A stretch of DNA of 32,000 nucleotides from NCBI RefSeq assembly GCF_000195855.1, contig NC_002677.1, forward strand, positions 1,470,001-1,502,000. Reading direction: 5' to 3'. The position numbers and the translations under genes were made by a program. Under the pieces are notes generated by a model. That model did no database searches, had not been told where the DNA came from, and saw nothing but the letters and a program-made list of their open reading frames with translations. This stretch comes from Mycobacterium leprae TN. GTDB taxonomy: Bacteria > Actinomycetota > Actinomycetes > Mycobacteriales > Mycobacteriaceae. Of this stretch, positions 20,899-30,999 are shown piece after piece. Each line of letters opens with the position of its first letter. The first letter of the stretch is position 1.

Positions 20899-23800
20899 AT
20901 GACCATCGATCCCGGAGCTACGCATGTTGCCGAGCTGTGTACCACATTCACGCAGGGTGCGGACGTACCCGACTGGATCTCGAAGGCGTACATCGACAGC
21001 TATCGCGGTTCGCACGGCGACGTACGCGAAGCCCCCGAAACCAGTCGAGTCAATCCTAACGCCTTGGTGACGCCGGCCATGCTCAGCGCACACTATCGTC
21101 TAGGTCAGTGCCGACCGAACGGTAGGAACTGTGTCCGCGTCTATCCGGCAGATGACCCCGCAGGGTTCGGGCCCGCGCTGCAGATCGTCACCGACCATGG
21201 CGGCATGGTGATGGATTCTATTACCGTGCTTCTGCACCGGCTCGGGGTTACATACACGGCCATGATGACCCCAGTGTTCATGGTGCTTCGCAGCCCGACG
21301 GGGGAGTTGCTCGGCGTCGAACCTCGAGCTTCTAGTACGTCGCACTCCATCGAAGGGACTTGGGTCGGTGAGGTCTGGATATATATCCAGCTCTTGCCTG
21401 CTGTCGATAGTAAATCCCTAGCCGAGGTTGAACAGCTGCTGCCCCGGACCCTGGTTGACGTTCAGCGGGTTGCCGCTGACGCAGCAGCATTGAACGCCAC
21501 CTTGAGCGGTCTGGCCGCAGACGTCAAAACGAACAAAGAAGGCCACTTTTCGGCTTCTGACCGCGATGATGTCGCGGCGTTGTTGCACTGGCTGGGTAAC
21601 GGGAATTTTCTGCTTTTGGGTTACCAGCGCTGCCGGGTGCATTATGGTCTGGTCTCCTGCGACAGGTCAACCGGTCTCGGCGTGCTGCGTGCACGCACAG
21701 GCTCCCGGCCCCGGCTGACCGACGATAACGAATTGCTTGTCCTAGCGCAAGCTGCTGTCGGCAACTATCTGCGCTACGGGGCGTACCCGTATGCCATCGC
21801 GGTCCGTGAATACGACGATGGTGGGGACGGAGGTATTATTGAACACCGCTTCGTCGGGCTTTTCACGGTTGCTGCTATGAACGCAGATGTACTGGAGATT
21901 CCGTCGATCTCACACCGGGTTCGTGCGGCGCTTGCGATGGCCAACAGCGACCCCATTTATCCGGGCCAGCTATTACTTGACGTCATCCAGACCGTCCCGC
22001 GTTCGGAGCTTTTCACGCTGAGCGCTGAACGGCTTTTCACGATGGCCAAAGAGGTGGTAGATCTAGGATCTGGGCGGCGTGCGTTGTTGTTCCTGCGCGC
22101 TGATCGGCTGCAGTACTTCGTCTCCTGCTTGGTTTATGTACCTCGCGATCGCTACACCACAGGTGTGCGGTTGCAAATCGAGGATATCCTCGTTCGCGAG
22201 TTCGGTGGTACGCAAGTGGAATTTACTGCACGAGTTAGTGAATCACCTTGGGCGTTAATGCATTTTATGGTCCGTCTGTCCGAAGGTGCTGCGACGGGCT
22301 CAGTCGACGTCTCGGAAGGCAATCGGATCCGGATCCAGGCGATGTTGAGTGAAGCTGCACGGACATGGTCTGACCGGCTAATCGCAGCCGCGGCTTCATT
22401 CTCTGAGGGTTCCGTCTCGTATGCTGAAGCCGAGCATTACGCGGCGACCTTCTCCGAAACCTACAAACAAGCTGTCACTCCGGCCGATGCGATTGACCAC
22501 ATAGCCATCATCAAAGAGTTGGCCGATGATTCAGTTAAGTTGGTGTTCTTCGAGCGGAAAGCGGATGGGTTCGCCCAGCTGACTTGGTTCTTGGGTGGGC
22601 GCAGTGCCTCCCTGAGCCAGCTGCTCCCCATGCTGCAAAGCATGGGCGTTGTTGTGCTTGAGGAGCGACCGTTTACCGTCGCCCGAACCGATGGCTTGCC
22701 GGTATGGATCTATCAGTTCAAGATCTCGCCGCATCCGACAATTCCGCTGGCGTCGACAGCGAATGAGCGGGAGCTTACCGCAAAACGATTCTCCGATGCA
22801 GTTACCGCCATCTGGCAGGGCCGCGTCGAGATCGACCGGTTCAACGAGTTAGTGATGCGTGCAAGGCTGACCTGGCAGCAGGTCGTGCTACTGCGTGCTT
22901 ACGCGAAGTACTTACGGCAGGCGGGTTTCAACTATAGTCAGTCCTACATCGAATCGGTGCTCAATGAGCACCCTTCCACCGCTCGATCACTGGTCGCATT
23001 GTTCGAAGCGCTATTCGATCCCAGCCCGTTGAGTTCGTCAACGAACTGTGATGCGCAAGCGGCCGCTGCAGCTGTCGCTGCGGACATCGATGCCTTGGTG
23101 AGTTTGGACACCGACCGCATTCTTCGTGCCTTTGCATCTCTGGTTCAGGCCACCCTAAGAACCAATTACTTTGTGACACAAAAATTTTCTGCTCGCAGCA
23201 AAGGTGTACTTGTCCTCAAACTCGATGCACAGCTGATCAACGAGTTGCCGCTGCCGCGGCCCAAGTTCGAGATCTTCGTGTATTCGCCTCGTGTCGAGGG
23301 CGTGCACCTGAGGTTCGGTGCGGTGGCGCGTGGTGGGCTGCGTTGGTCCGACCGACTGGATGATTTCCGCACAGAAATTCTGGGTCTGGTTAAGGCACAG
23401 GCGGTCAAGAACGCCGTTATCGTGCCGGTCGGCGCCAAGGGCGGGTTCGTGCTCAAGCGGCCGCCCCTGCCCACCGGCGACGCCGCTGCCGACCGCGACG
23501 CTATGAGAGCCGAAGGTATCGCCTGCTACCAGCTGTTTATTTCTGGTCTGCTCGACATTACTGACAACGTCGACCACGCGACCGGAAAAGTTAACGCGCC
23601 GCCCCAGGTGGTGCGACGTGACAGCGACGACGCCTACTTGGTGGTGGCCGCGGACAAAGGCACTGCCACGTTTTCCGACATCGCCAACGATGTCGCCAAG
23701 TCCTACGGATTCTGGCTGGGCGACGCCTTCGCCTCCGGTGGATCGGTGGGCTATGACCACAAGGCCATGGGCATTACTGCCAAAGGCGCGTGGGAAGCCG

Positions 23801-25767
23801 TCAAACGACACTTCCGGGAGATGGGGGTGGACACTCAAAATGAGGACTTCACCGTTGTGGGTATCGGCGATATGAGCGGCGACGTGTTCGGTAACGGCAT
23901 GCTGCTTAGCAAGCACATCAGGCTGATCGCTGCTTTCGATCATCGGCATGTTTTCCTTGACCCGGACCCTGATGCCGCGGTTTCCTGGGCTGAACGGCAG
24001 CGGATGTTTGATCTGCCGCGATCCAGCTGGGACGACTACAACAAGTCGTTGATCAGCGAGGGTGGCGGTGTGTATAGTCGCGAGCAGAAAGCCATCCCGA
24101 CCAGTCCGCAGGTCCGCACTGCCCTGGGCATCGATGGCGAAGTAACCGAAATGGCACCGCCCAACTTGATCCGGGCAATTCTGCAAGCACCGGTGGATTT
24201 GCTGTTTAACGGCGGCATTGGCACCTACATCAAGGCTGAAACTGAGTCCGTTGCCGACGTCGGCGATCGCGCGAACGATCCGGTGCGAGTCAACGCAAAT
24301 CAGGTACGCGCCAAGGTTATCGGCGAAGGTGGAAACCTCGGGGTTACCGCGTTGGGCCGCGTCGAGTTCGATCTGTCCGGTGGACGGATCAATACCGACG
24401 CGATGGACAACTCTGCCGGCGTGGACTGTTCCGACCATGAGGTTAACATCAAGATCCTGATCGACTCACTGGTCACCGCTGGCAAGGTGAAAGTCGAGGA
24501 GCGTAAACACCTGTTGGAGTCGATGACCGACGAAGTCGCACGTTTGGTACTTACCGACAACGAGGACCAGAATGACTTGATCGGCACCAGTCGCGCCAAC
24601 GCAGCCAACATGCTCTCAGTGCACGCGATGCAGATCAAATACCTGGTGGACGAACGCGGAGTCAACCGCGAATTGGAAGCGCTGCCTTCAGAGAAGGAGA
24701 TTCAAAGGCGGTCCGAGGCCGGCATCGGCCTTACCTCGCCCGAGCTCTCGACGCTGATGGCACACGTCAAGCTGGCACTTAAAGAGCAGATGTTGGCCAC
24801 CGAACTGCCGGACCAGGATGTCTTCGTGTCGAGGTTGCCACGATACTTCCCCAAGCCGCTGCGCGAGCGTTTCACCCCGGAAATCCGCTCGCACCAGCTG
24901 CGCCGAGAAATCGTCACCACCATGCTGATCAACGATCTGGTAGACACCGCCGGCATCAGCTACGCTTTCCGGATCGCCGAGGATATCGGGGTCGGGCCGA
25001 TTGATGCGATACGTACCTATGTCGCCACCGACGCCATCTTTGGTGTGGGTGATGTATTGCGGCGTATTCGTGCGGCAAATTTGTCGGTCGTGCTGTCGGA
25101 TCGAATGACGTTGGATACCCGTCGGCTGATCGACCGCGCCGGACGATGGCTACTTAACTATCGTCCGCAACCGTTAGCCGTCGGCGCCGAGATCAACCGA
25201 TTTGCCGCGAAGGTTAAGGCGCTAACGCCGCGGATGTCAGAGTGGTTGCGCGGTGACGACCAGGCCATCGTCGAACAGCAAGCCACAGAATTCGTGTCGC
25301 AGGGTGCTCCCGAAGACTTGGCCTACCGGGTTGCGGTTGGGCTATATCGCTACAGTCTGCTTGACATCATTGACATCGCCGACATCACCGAGCTCGACCC
25401 GGCCGAGGTCGCAGACACTTATTTCTCCCTGATGGACCGGCTGGGCACCGATGGATTGCTCACGGCGGTGTCCAAACTACCCCAAAATGACCGCTGGCAT
25501 TCTTTGGCGCGTTTGGCGATTCGTGACGACATCTATGCTTCCCTGCGATCGTTGTGTTTCGATGTGCTTGCCGTTGGAGAGCCTGATGAAAGCGGTGAAG
25601 AGAAGATCGCCGAGTGGGAGCACATCAGCGCTTCCCGGGTGGAAAGGGCACGTTTAATGCTTGCCGAGATCCACGCTAGCGGTGAGAAGGATCTCGCGAC
25701 GTTGTCGGTTGCGGCACGTCAGATCCGCCGCATGACCCGCACCAGTGGACGTGGGTCGTCGGGGTGA
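20899..25767 (+). CDS. gdh: NAD-specific glutamate dehydrogenase, large (about 180 kDa) class (Rv2476c-like)
   Basis: An uninterrupted 4.9-kb frame. The N-terminus MTIDPGA...[13 protein letters not shown] and the catalytic core [40 protein letters not shown] match the large actinobacterial NAD-GDH. ATG 20899 is preferred over the upstream in-frame TTG 20884 because GGGAG lies about 9-13 nt upstream of it. Confidence 0.92.
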   Translation: MTIDPGATHVAELCTTFTQGADVPDWISKAYIDSYRGSHGDVREAPETSRVNPNALVTPAMLSAHYRLGQCRPNGRNCVRVYPADDPAGFGPALQIVTDHGGMVMDSITVLLHRLGVTYTAMMTPVFMVLRSPTGELLGVEPRASSTSHSIEGTWVGEVWIYIQLLPAVDSKSLAEVEQLLPRTLVDVQRVAADAAALNATLSGLAADVKTNKEGHFSASDRDDVAALLHWLGNGNFLLLGYQRCRVHYGLVSCDRSTGLGVLRARTGSRPRLTDDNELLVLAQAAVGNYLRYGAYPYAIAVREYDDGGDGGIIEHRFVGLFTVAAMNADVLEIPSISHRVRAALAMANSDPIYPGQLLLDVIQTVPRSELFTLSAERLFTMAKEVVDLGSGRRALLFLRADRLQYFVSCLVYVPRDRYTTGVRLQIEDILVREFGGTQVEFTARVSESPWALMHFMVRLSEGAATGSVDVSEGNRIRIQAMLSEAARTWSDRLIAAAASFSEGSVSYAEAEHYAATFSETYKQAVTPADAIDHIAIIKELADDSVKLVFFERKADGFAQLTWFLGGRSASLSQLLPMLQSMGVVVLEERPFTVARTDGLPVWIYQFKISPHPTIPLASTANERELTAKRFSDAVTAIWQGRVEIDRFNELVMRARLTWQQVVLLRAYAKYLRQAGFNYSQSYIESVLNEHPSTARSLVALFEALFDPSPLSSSTNCDAQAAAAAVAADIDALVSLDTDRILRAFASLVQATLRTNYFVTQKFSARSKGVLVLKLDAQLINELPLPRPKFEIFVYSPRVEGVHLRFGAVARGGLRWSDRLDDFRTEILGLVKAQAVKNAVIVPVGAKGGFVLKRPPLPTGDAAADRDAMRAEGIACYQLFISGLLDITDNVDHATGKVNAPPQVVRRDSDDAYLVVAADKGTATFSDIANDVAKSYGFWLGDAFASGGSVGYDHKAMGITAKGAWEAVKRHFREMGVDTQNEDFTVVGIGDMSGDVFGNGMLLSKHIRLIAAFDHRHVFLDPDPDAAVSWAERQRMFDLPRSSWDDYNKSLISEGGGVYSREQKAIPTSPQVRTALGIDGEVTEMAPPNLIRAILQAPVDLLFNGGIGTYIKAETESVADVGDRANDPVRVNANQVRAKVIGEGGNLGVTALGRVEFDLSGGRINTDAMDNSAGVDCSDHEVNIKILIDSLVTAGKVKVEERKHLLESMTDEVARLVLTDNEDQNDLIGTSRANAANMLSVHAMQIKYLVDERGVNRELEALPSEKEIQRRSEAGIGLTSPELSTLMAHVKLALKEQMLATELPDQDVFVSRLPRYFPKPLRERFTPEIRSHQLRREIVTTMLINDLVDTAGISYAFRIAEDIGVGPIDAIRTYVATDAIFGVGDVLRRIRAANLSVVLSDRMTLDTRRLIDRAGRWLLNYRPQPLAVGAEINRFAAKVKALTPRMSEWLRGDDQAIVEQQATEFVSQGAPEDLAYRVAVGLYRYSLLDIIDIADITELDPAEVADTYFSLMDRLGTDGLLTAVSKLPQNDRWHSLARLAIRDDIYASLRSLCFDVLAVGEPDESGEEKIAEWEHISASRVERARLMLAEIHASGEKDLATLSVAARQIRRMTRTSGRGSSG

Positions 25768-26187
25768 GTGCGGGGTTCGTTGTGGCCGTGCTGGTCCGGT
25801 GATCGGACATCGACATGTATCATTACATCAACTACGCGACTATGGTCACGATTATCGAAGAGGCGCGTGTTTCTTTTCGCACAAGCGTTTTGGCGTCGAC
25901 ATCACTTTAACTGGTTCGCTGATGTCCGGGTCACTATACACAAGCGTCAGCTGCGACTGGACCGATTCACCATTACAGGTGACGATATGAGTGTAGCGGT
26001 TGCGGGCGATGGACTTCACCACTCGGTTACGAGGTGCGTTCGGTCAATGCTGATCCCGAGTCCAAACCTGTTGTTATTGTTCGAGTCGCAGCTGGCTGCG
26101 TATTCACATCGACGAGCAGCGGTTGGTGTGACTCTTGCCGCATCGTCGGGAGTATTGGGTATCTGCAACAGTGGCAACGATAACTGA
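25764..26187 (+). pseudogene. Hotdog-fold (4HBT-type) thioesterase pseudogene (Rv2475c-like)
   Basis: GTG 25764 overlaps the gdh stop (GTGA). The frame reads [37 protein letters not shown], with an in-frame TGA at 25800-25802 where Trp is expected. Later blocks (GRWTSPLGYEVRSV..., VVIVRVAAGCVF) are in shifted frames. Confidence 0.5.
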
Positions 26188-26890
26188 GTGGGGACTGTGG
26201 TTGGGCCCAGACATTAGGGCCGCCCATCGAGTGGATCTGGCCACGTTCGTCGATCGTGTGGTGCGGCTCGACCAGGCTGCGGTTATCAAACTTCGGGTAC
26301 ACTGTGCCGGATTGCGGACGGTATGGATGGCAACCGGTTTCGACTTGCTAGCCGCGCCTAGTGGTAGTTTGCCAATGTGCAGACCAGCGATTTGTTTTTC
26401 GGCGCAAACGCATGAGTGTGCAGCCTGTCCGCGATGGATGCCTCGTGCTATATTAGTCTGGTTTTCTCGATGGACTCAGCCTGGCGAGGTGTGTTGTCTC
26501 CAGAATCTGGCTTCGCCAACATCCATGACGTACCGGCCCTGGTGATGCTGGATTTGGCGTAGTGTGGCGCGCGGCTCGCTAAGGAGCACAGCAGTTACCG
26601 TGGTTCGCCGGTTTTCCTGCTTGGTCAGGGGAGGTCATTCAGGTCAGTTCTAGAGACGTCAGTGTGGGGGCCATCTATGCGCTGTGTGTTCGCTTTGATC
26701 GCTCGCAATGGTTTTTCTGCCGCAGTCACCGGATGCGGTCGACATCGTGGCCATCCGGCTATAGGCACTGCGTTAGTATGCTGAAACTAACCAGGCTGCG
26801 GTATCTGGCAGTAATTGGTCACCCATCAGTGGTGTGTTGGCAAGTATGCATTCTCCTGCTGGCAGCGCCAGCGTACGGTCGCTGGCGTTA
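26188..26890 (+). pseudogene. Conserved hypothetical protein pseudogene (Rv2474c-like)
   Basis: EWGLWLGPDIRAAHRVDLATFVDRVVRLDQAAVIKLR is followed by frame changes (FSMDSAWRGVLSPESGFANIHDVPALVMLDLA, LAKEHSS, MRCVFAL). No start codon is retained. The assignment rests on position and on my recollection of the Mtb neighbour. Confidence 0.35.
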
Positions 26891-27047
26891 AATGTGTATA
26901 CTAGTCTGCCGCCGCACCGGCCGGAATATCCGCGAATCGCGTAGCGCGGTCAGCCGCTCTATCTTGCTACCATCAAATTCGGCTCACTCCTTGTGTGATT
27001 TCAACGTTTGGCTAAAGAACGACAACGTTGAGTTGGCGTCCGGTGCG

Positions 27048-28151
27048 CTATTTTTCTAAGGTCAGCGTCACCCAAGCCGTAGGCATTGGCAGCCAGGTGT
27101 CAAACAGACGGGGATAAACCGATATGCGGAGCAACACCTTACCAGGGAATTGGAACCCAATACCGGGCGCGGCCAAGGTCGGTATGTCCTGAGCGTTCCC
27201 AGGTCGGGTCCTGCAATGCCGCGTCATGCAGGTCCACGTCGGGCAACTCCAGTTTCTGATCATTATAGATGAACACCGCGCTCGGTAGGACAAGCATCAC
27301 CATCGCCATGACCCGCGCTCGGAGCAGTCCGTTATTGCCGCCCCCATAGCGGGTGACGTCCCGACCTACGTCATGATGGCCAGTGTCCAGGTTGGGATCG
27401 CGTTTTCGATCTACGTGGCCGTACGTGAGTTCTGCACCGCGTCGTGAATGGCGGCAGCGTCGAAGTTGATGATCTGCGCCAGGAGGAAATTGAAGCTGAG
27501 GTGTAGTTCGTCAGACCGCAGGTAATTCGGTCCACCGGGCATTGTCGGTGACTTAATACTTCGCCGATGATCGCCGCGCCAGGATAGTCGTGGACGACCG
27601 TGCCAATATCGCGGTTAATCGCTTGCACACTTGGGTGGTTGAAGCGCCGGTTGTCGTCGGTATGGTGCAACACCCCTGGTCTCGTTTACCTGTGAGTTCG
27701 GCAGGCCGGGCGGCTTGGCCATCCCGTGCGGCCACATCGATGTGGAAGCCATCCACGCCGTGTCCCAGCCAGAAGCGCAGCGTTTTCTCGAAGTCGTCGA
27801 AGACATCTCAGGTGGTCCCAGTTCAAATCGGGCTGCTCGGTGTCGAAGAGGTGCAGATACCACCTGGCCGGGGGTGCTGTCCGGTTCGTCCACCCGTTTC
27901 CAGGCCGGCCTGCCGAACAACGGGTCGATGTCACGAGGATCGGCGACGTCGTAACTATGGTCGGCTATTGGTGAGACAGTGACGGAGTGGGTCCAAATCG
28001 CTTTGATACCGAGCAATTCCAGGTGCCTCTGCCGGGTTGTGAAACCGTCCAGGCTGCCCACCCCGTAGCCGTTGCTGTCAGCGAACGACTGCGGATAGAA
28101 CTGGTAGAACACCGCGGTCGACCACCACGGCTGGGTCTCGTGGCCCGACAT
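27048..28151 (-). pseudogene. aglA: Alpha-glucosidase (GH13) pseudogene
   Basis: ATG 28151-28149 gives [37 protein letters not shown]...LGIKAIWTHSVTVSPIADHSYDVADPRDIDPLFG, a GH13 N-terminal block. Shifted frames then give FHIDVA, NRDIGTVVHDYPGAAIIGEV and WLPMPTAWVTLTLEK. The remnant is shorter than a full gene (about 1.6 kb expected) and may trail to about 26900. Confidence 0.7.
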
Positions 28152-28555
28152 CAAGACGCGGAGTTCACGAGGGAGTGTGCGGCCATCTCCAAATAGTCGA
28201 GCAACTCCCGTCGATGCTCGTTGTCGAGGGTATGCGAGTCGATGGAGGCGACGGCGGTGTGCATGCACCGCAGCCAAGCGTCGCGCTCGATGGCAGTGAT
28301 CCGGAAAGGAGCGTGACGCATACGCAACCGCGGATGGCCGCGTTGACTGGAGTATGTTCGCGGACCACCCCAGTATTGCTCGAGGAACATGCGCAATCGT
28401 TCTTCGGCGCCGGCCAGGTCGTCTGCGGGATACAACTCACGCAGTATCTCATCTTCAGGAACCTGCGCATAAAAGCGTGACACAATCGCTTTGAAGGTCT
28501 CGGCCCCGCCGATAGCGTCGTAGAAAGATTGCTGCACCTGATCCATCTCTTCCAT
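28151..28555 (-). CDS. glbO: Group II truncated haemoglobin (trHbO)
   Basis: An intact [26 protein letters not shown]...[29 protein letters not shown]...[15 protein letters not shown]...[15 protein letters not shown] is near-identical to Mtb GlbO as I remember it. An alternative start is Met4 (28546). Confidence 0.93.
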
Positions 28556-28705
28556 TGTGGTGTATCGCCTGGGTGATAACCGGAGGTGGGCTTAAGCCAA
28601 TAGGTGGTTCCTGGTGTTCACCAGATCGACATGGCATACACTCAGCGATTGGTGTGCGGTCAGCGGCGAATCATGGTGGACTGTTTCGCGGAGGACTTAG
28701 ATTTA

Positions 28706-29353
28706 ATGGTGCAGCGCAAGAATCGCCGCAGCCATCGCAGTTCCGGGGCCGCGGCAAACCTGATCAGGGCTGCTAACCCCTCATCCCTGCACAATGTTGA
28801 TATCCACCCGTCCACCTGCTATGAGAGCGGATCAATTTGGAATCGCCGGCGGGTGTTGCTGCTGAATTCCACCTACGAGCCGCTCACCGCATTGCCGACG
28901 CGGCGGGCGATCATTATGGTGATCTGCGGCAAGGCCGACGTCGTGCACGTGGATCCGGCCGGGCCGGTCGTCCATTCGGCAACCAGGTCGATCACGGTGC
29001 CGTCGGTGATCCAACTGCGGTCCTATGTTCGGGTTCCGTATCGAGCCCGTGTCCCGATGACCCGCGCTGCGCTAATGCATCGGGACCGCTTTTGCTGTGC
29101 CTATTGCGGAGCCAAGGCCGATACCGTCGATCACGTGGTGCCACGTAGCCGCGGTGGTGACCACTCCTGGGAGAACTGTGTTGCGTGTTGTTCGACATGT
29201 AACCACCGCAAGGGTGACAAGCTGCTTACCGAACTTGGCTGGGTACTGCGCCGGACGCCGGTGCTGCCGACAGGTCAACACTGGCGGCTATTGTCGACGG
29301 TCAAAGAACTGGATCCGGCGTGGGCTCGATATCTTGGTGGGGGCGCCGCTTAA
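28706..29353 (+). CDS. HNH endonuclease family protein (Rv2469c-like)
   Basis: HNH/Zn-finger core: CCAYCGAKADTVDHVVPRSRGGDHSWENCVACCSTCNHRKGD. N-terminal domain: LLLNSTYEPLTALPTRRAIIMVICGKADVV. The start at ATG 28706 is preferred because GGAGGA (28690-28695) lies 10 nt upstream. The longest ORF begins at 28604, and ATG 28673 is also possible. Confidence 0.85.
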   Translation: MVQRKNRRSHRSSGAAANLIRAANPSSLHNVDIHPSTCYESGSIWNRRRVLLLNSTYEPLTALPTRRAIIMVICGKADVVHVDPAGPVVHSATRSITVPSVIQLRSYVRVPYRARVPMTRAALMHRDRFCCAYCGAKADTVDHVVPRSRGGDHSWENCVACCSTCNHRKGDKLLTELGWVLRRTPVLPTGQHWRLLSTVKELDPAWARYLGGGAA

Positions 29354-29580
29354 GCTGGATTTCCCGGCATCCGCAGTGGTCCGTCTTAGCTCTAGGTGGC
29401 GCGCGTGCGACCTTAAACGTGTTGAGTTTACACTCACCGTGCTGGCCAAATCTGCTTCCGAAGGGGCCAGCGGCTTCCGCACGTAAGTAAGTACCGCTCG
29501 GGCTCACATTGCCGCCGGGCTGGGTCTAAAATTTGCTTTCACATGCGCCGGTCGCGCTAGTGGTGGGATAGGTTTGCTTC

Positions 29581-29817
29581 GTGAGCATGCTGCAAATCCA
29601 TCTTTGTTTCGTTGGTATCCCATTGTTGCTGGTGGTCATGCTGGCAGTGCCCATCCTGTCCCGTAAAGGGCCCTATCCCGCGACCTATAGATTGGGCGAG
29701 AGGTGGACGCATCCGCCCATCCTATGGGCTGCCATCGACGAAGTTGTCAGTGACGGGCACGGGGGCTATGGGGCATCAGAGTTCACAGTCGGAGGTGGCG
29801 CCAGTGGTACGTGGTGA
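29581..29817 (+). CDS. Small single-pass membrane protein, probable aa3 cytochrome oxidase accessory subunit (CtaJ-like)
   Basis: A 78-codon ORF (GTG 29581 or ATG 29587) with a hydrophobic helix [15 protein letters not shown]. This is followed by [25 protein letters not shown]...GHGGYG...GGGASGTW, a pattern I recall from actinobacterial CtaJ. It sits immediately upstream of the DUF5130 gene, as in other mycobacteria. The name is from memory and needs an HMM check. Confidence 0.5.
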   Translation: MSMLQIHLCFVGIPLLLVVMLAVPILSRKGPYPATYRLGERWTHPPILWAAIDEVVSDGHGGYGASEFTVGGGASGTW

Positions 29818-30259
29818 TGTTGTAACTGAGCTACCCAAGGGGTGGGTGATCACCACCAGCGGACGGGTCTCCGGGGTTACCGAGCCCGGGGACCGGTCAG
29901 TGCACTACCCATTTCCAATCAAAGACCTCGTCGCCCTGGACGACGCGCTAACATACAGCTCTCGGGCATCTCACGCCCGGTTCGCTGTTTACCTCGGTGA
30001 CCTGGGCAATGATACAGCAGCACTAGCTCGCGAAATCCTAGCCCAGGTGCCGACGCCGGACGACGCGGTGCTAGTCGCCGTTTCACCGAACCAGTGCGCC
30101 ATCGAGGTGGTTTACGGCTCGCAGGTCCGGGGTCGTGGCGCCGAGTCGGCAGCACCACTGGGTGTTGCCGCGGCTTCTTCGGCCTTCGAGCAAGGGAACC
30201 TGATCGATGGGCTGATCAGCGCGGTCCGCGTGCTCAGTGCGGGGATTTCCCGGTCTTAG
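29768..30259 (+). CDS. DUF5130 family protein (Rv2468c / M. smegmatis PRSAF1-like)
   Basis: An intact frame to TAG 30257-30259: [60 protein letters not shown]...[17 protein letters not shown]. Candidate starts are ATG 29768 and GTG 29804; the ORF-track start at 29612 is probably too far upstream. It is positionally equivalent to Rv2468c. Confidence 0.7.
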   Translation: MGHQSSQSEVAPVVRGDVVTELPKGWVITTSGRVSGVTEPGDRSVHYPFPIKDLVALDDALTYSSRASHARFAVYLGDLGNDTAALAREILAQVPTPDDAVLVAVSPNQCAIEVVYGSQVRGRGAESAAPLGVAAASSAFEQGNLIDGLISAVRVLSAGISRS

Positions 30260-30960
30260 GGTGGTGGTGTTGTGGTGGGCTGGTGGGGTGTGGGTGGTTG
30301 ATCTGCGCTAGAAGGTTGCCGTATGTGCCGCCGACGGCCGGATCATCGATGCACTGTTCACTAACACGATACTGCTGCACCCGGCGGCATGCCTGCTTGC
30401 TGGCTGAGGGCCGGTCAACAAGCCGCCGACACCGATACCAGCGGCAGAAATGGTGCAAGGGATAACATCAGGTGCGAATAGTTATACCGTGCACGGGGAC
30501 GTGCCTGTTCAGGTGCGGCCACATTGACCACGCCGACACCTCAAGGCCATGACATGCACACTAAAACGCCCCTACCCCGCGGCGCTAACAACTATCCTCA
30601 CACTCACGCCTGCATCGATATCGCCTTCAGCACAGCCCAGGTGCCCAGCCCCTGGCATCATCAACATGTAGACCAAGCAGCATCCACCACCGACATGCTT
30701 ACGTGCGCCGCGCTAATCGTGTCCACTGCGGCAAAGCACACGAAGCCTCATCGAAAGCAGGCAGTCAGCCACCCACCAACAAAAACCCCGCAACACAGCA
30801 AAACACGTCAACAGGATTCCGGGCTGCCCCCCACGACTACCGAACATATCGGCCAGTCATAAAACGCAAAAACAGCCATTTCACCCACCACCTATGAAAC
30901 CAACCGAACAACTCACCGCCACAGACACAAGACAGCAGAGCCCGGGAACCGCACGATTTT
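30260..30960 (-). repeat. RLEP, the M. leprae-specific dispersed repeat (conventional orientation is the minus strand here)
   Basis: Contains the published RLEP primer and probe sites as I remember them. caccgataccagcggcagaa lies at 30430-30449 and cctcaaggccatgacatgca at 30539-30558, the nested-PCR outer pair, exactly 129 bp apart. cagaaatggtgcaaggga, cgctagaaggttgccgtatgtgc (30306-30328), tgcactgttcactaacacgatactgc and ccaccgacatgcttacgtgc (30686-30705) are also present. The outer boundaries are approximate. Confidence 0.93.
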
Positions 30961-30999
30961 TGACGCCACTCAGGCCAAGTTGGCAACCACGTGGTAGGG

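Noticed and set aside
27615-28277. A 220-aa minus-strand ORF overlapping the 3' end of glbO.
   Set aside because: Only the part downstream of Met43 (ATG 28151-28149) is alpha-glucosidase-like. The upstream 42 codons are an out-of-frame read-through of glbO sequence. The aglA frame itself breaks at about 27615.
30524-30862. A 112-aa ORF (His/Thr/Pro/Gln-rich), together with ORF 30234-30458 on the other strand, both inside RLEP.
   Set aside because: The sequence is low-complexity with no recognisable domain or RBS. RLEP is regarded as non-coding. The frames are most simply by-products of the CA-rich and GT-rich composition of the repeat.
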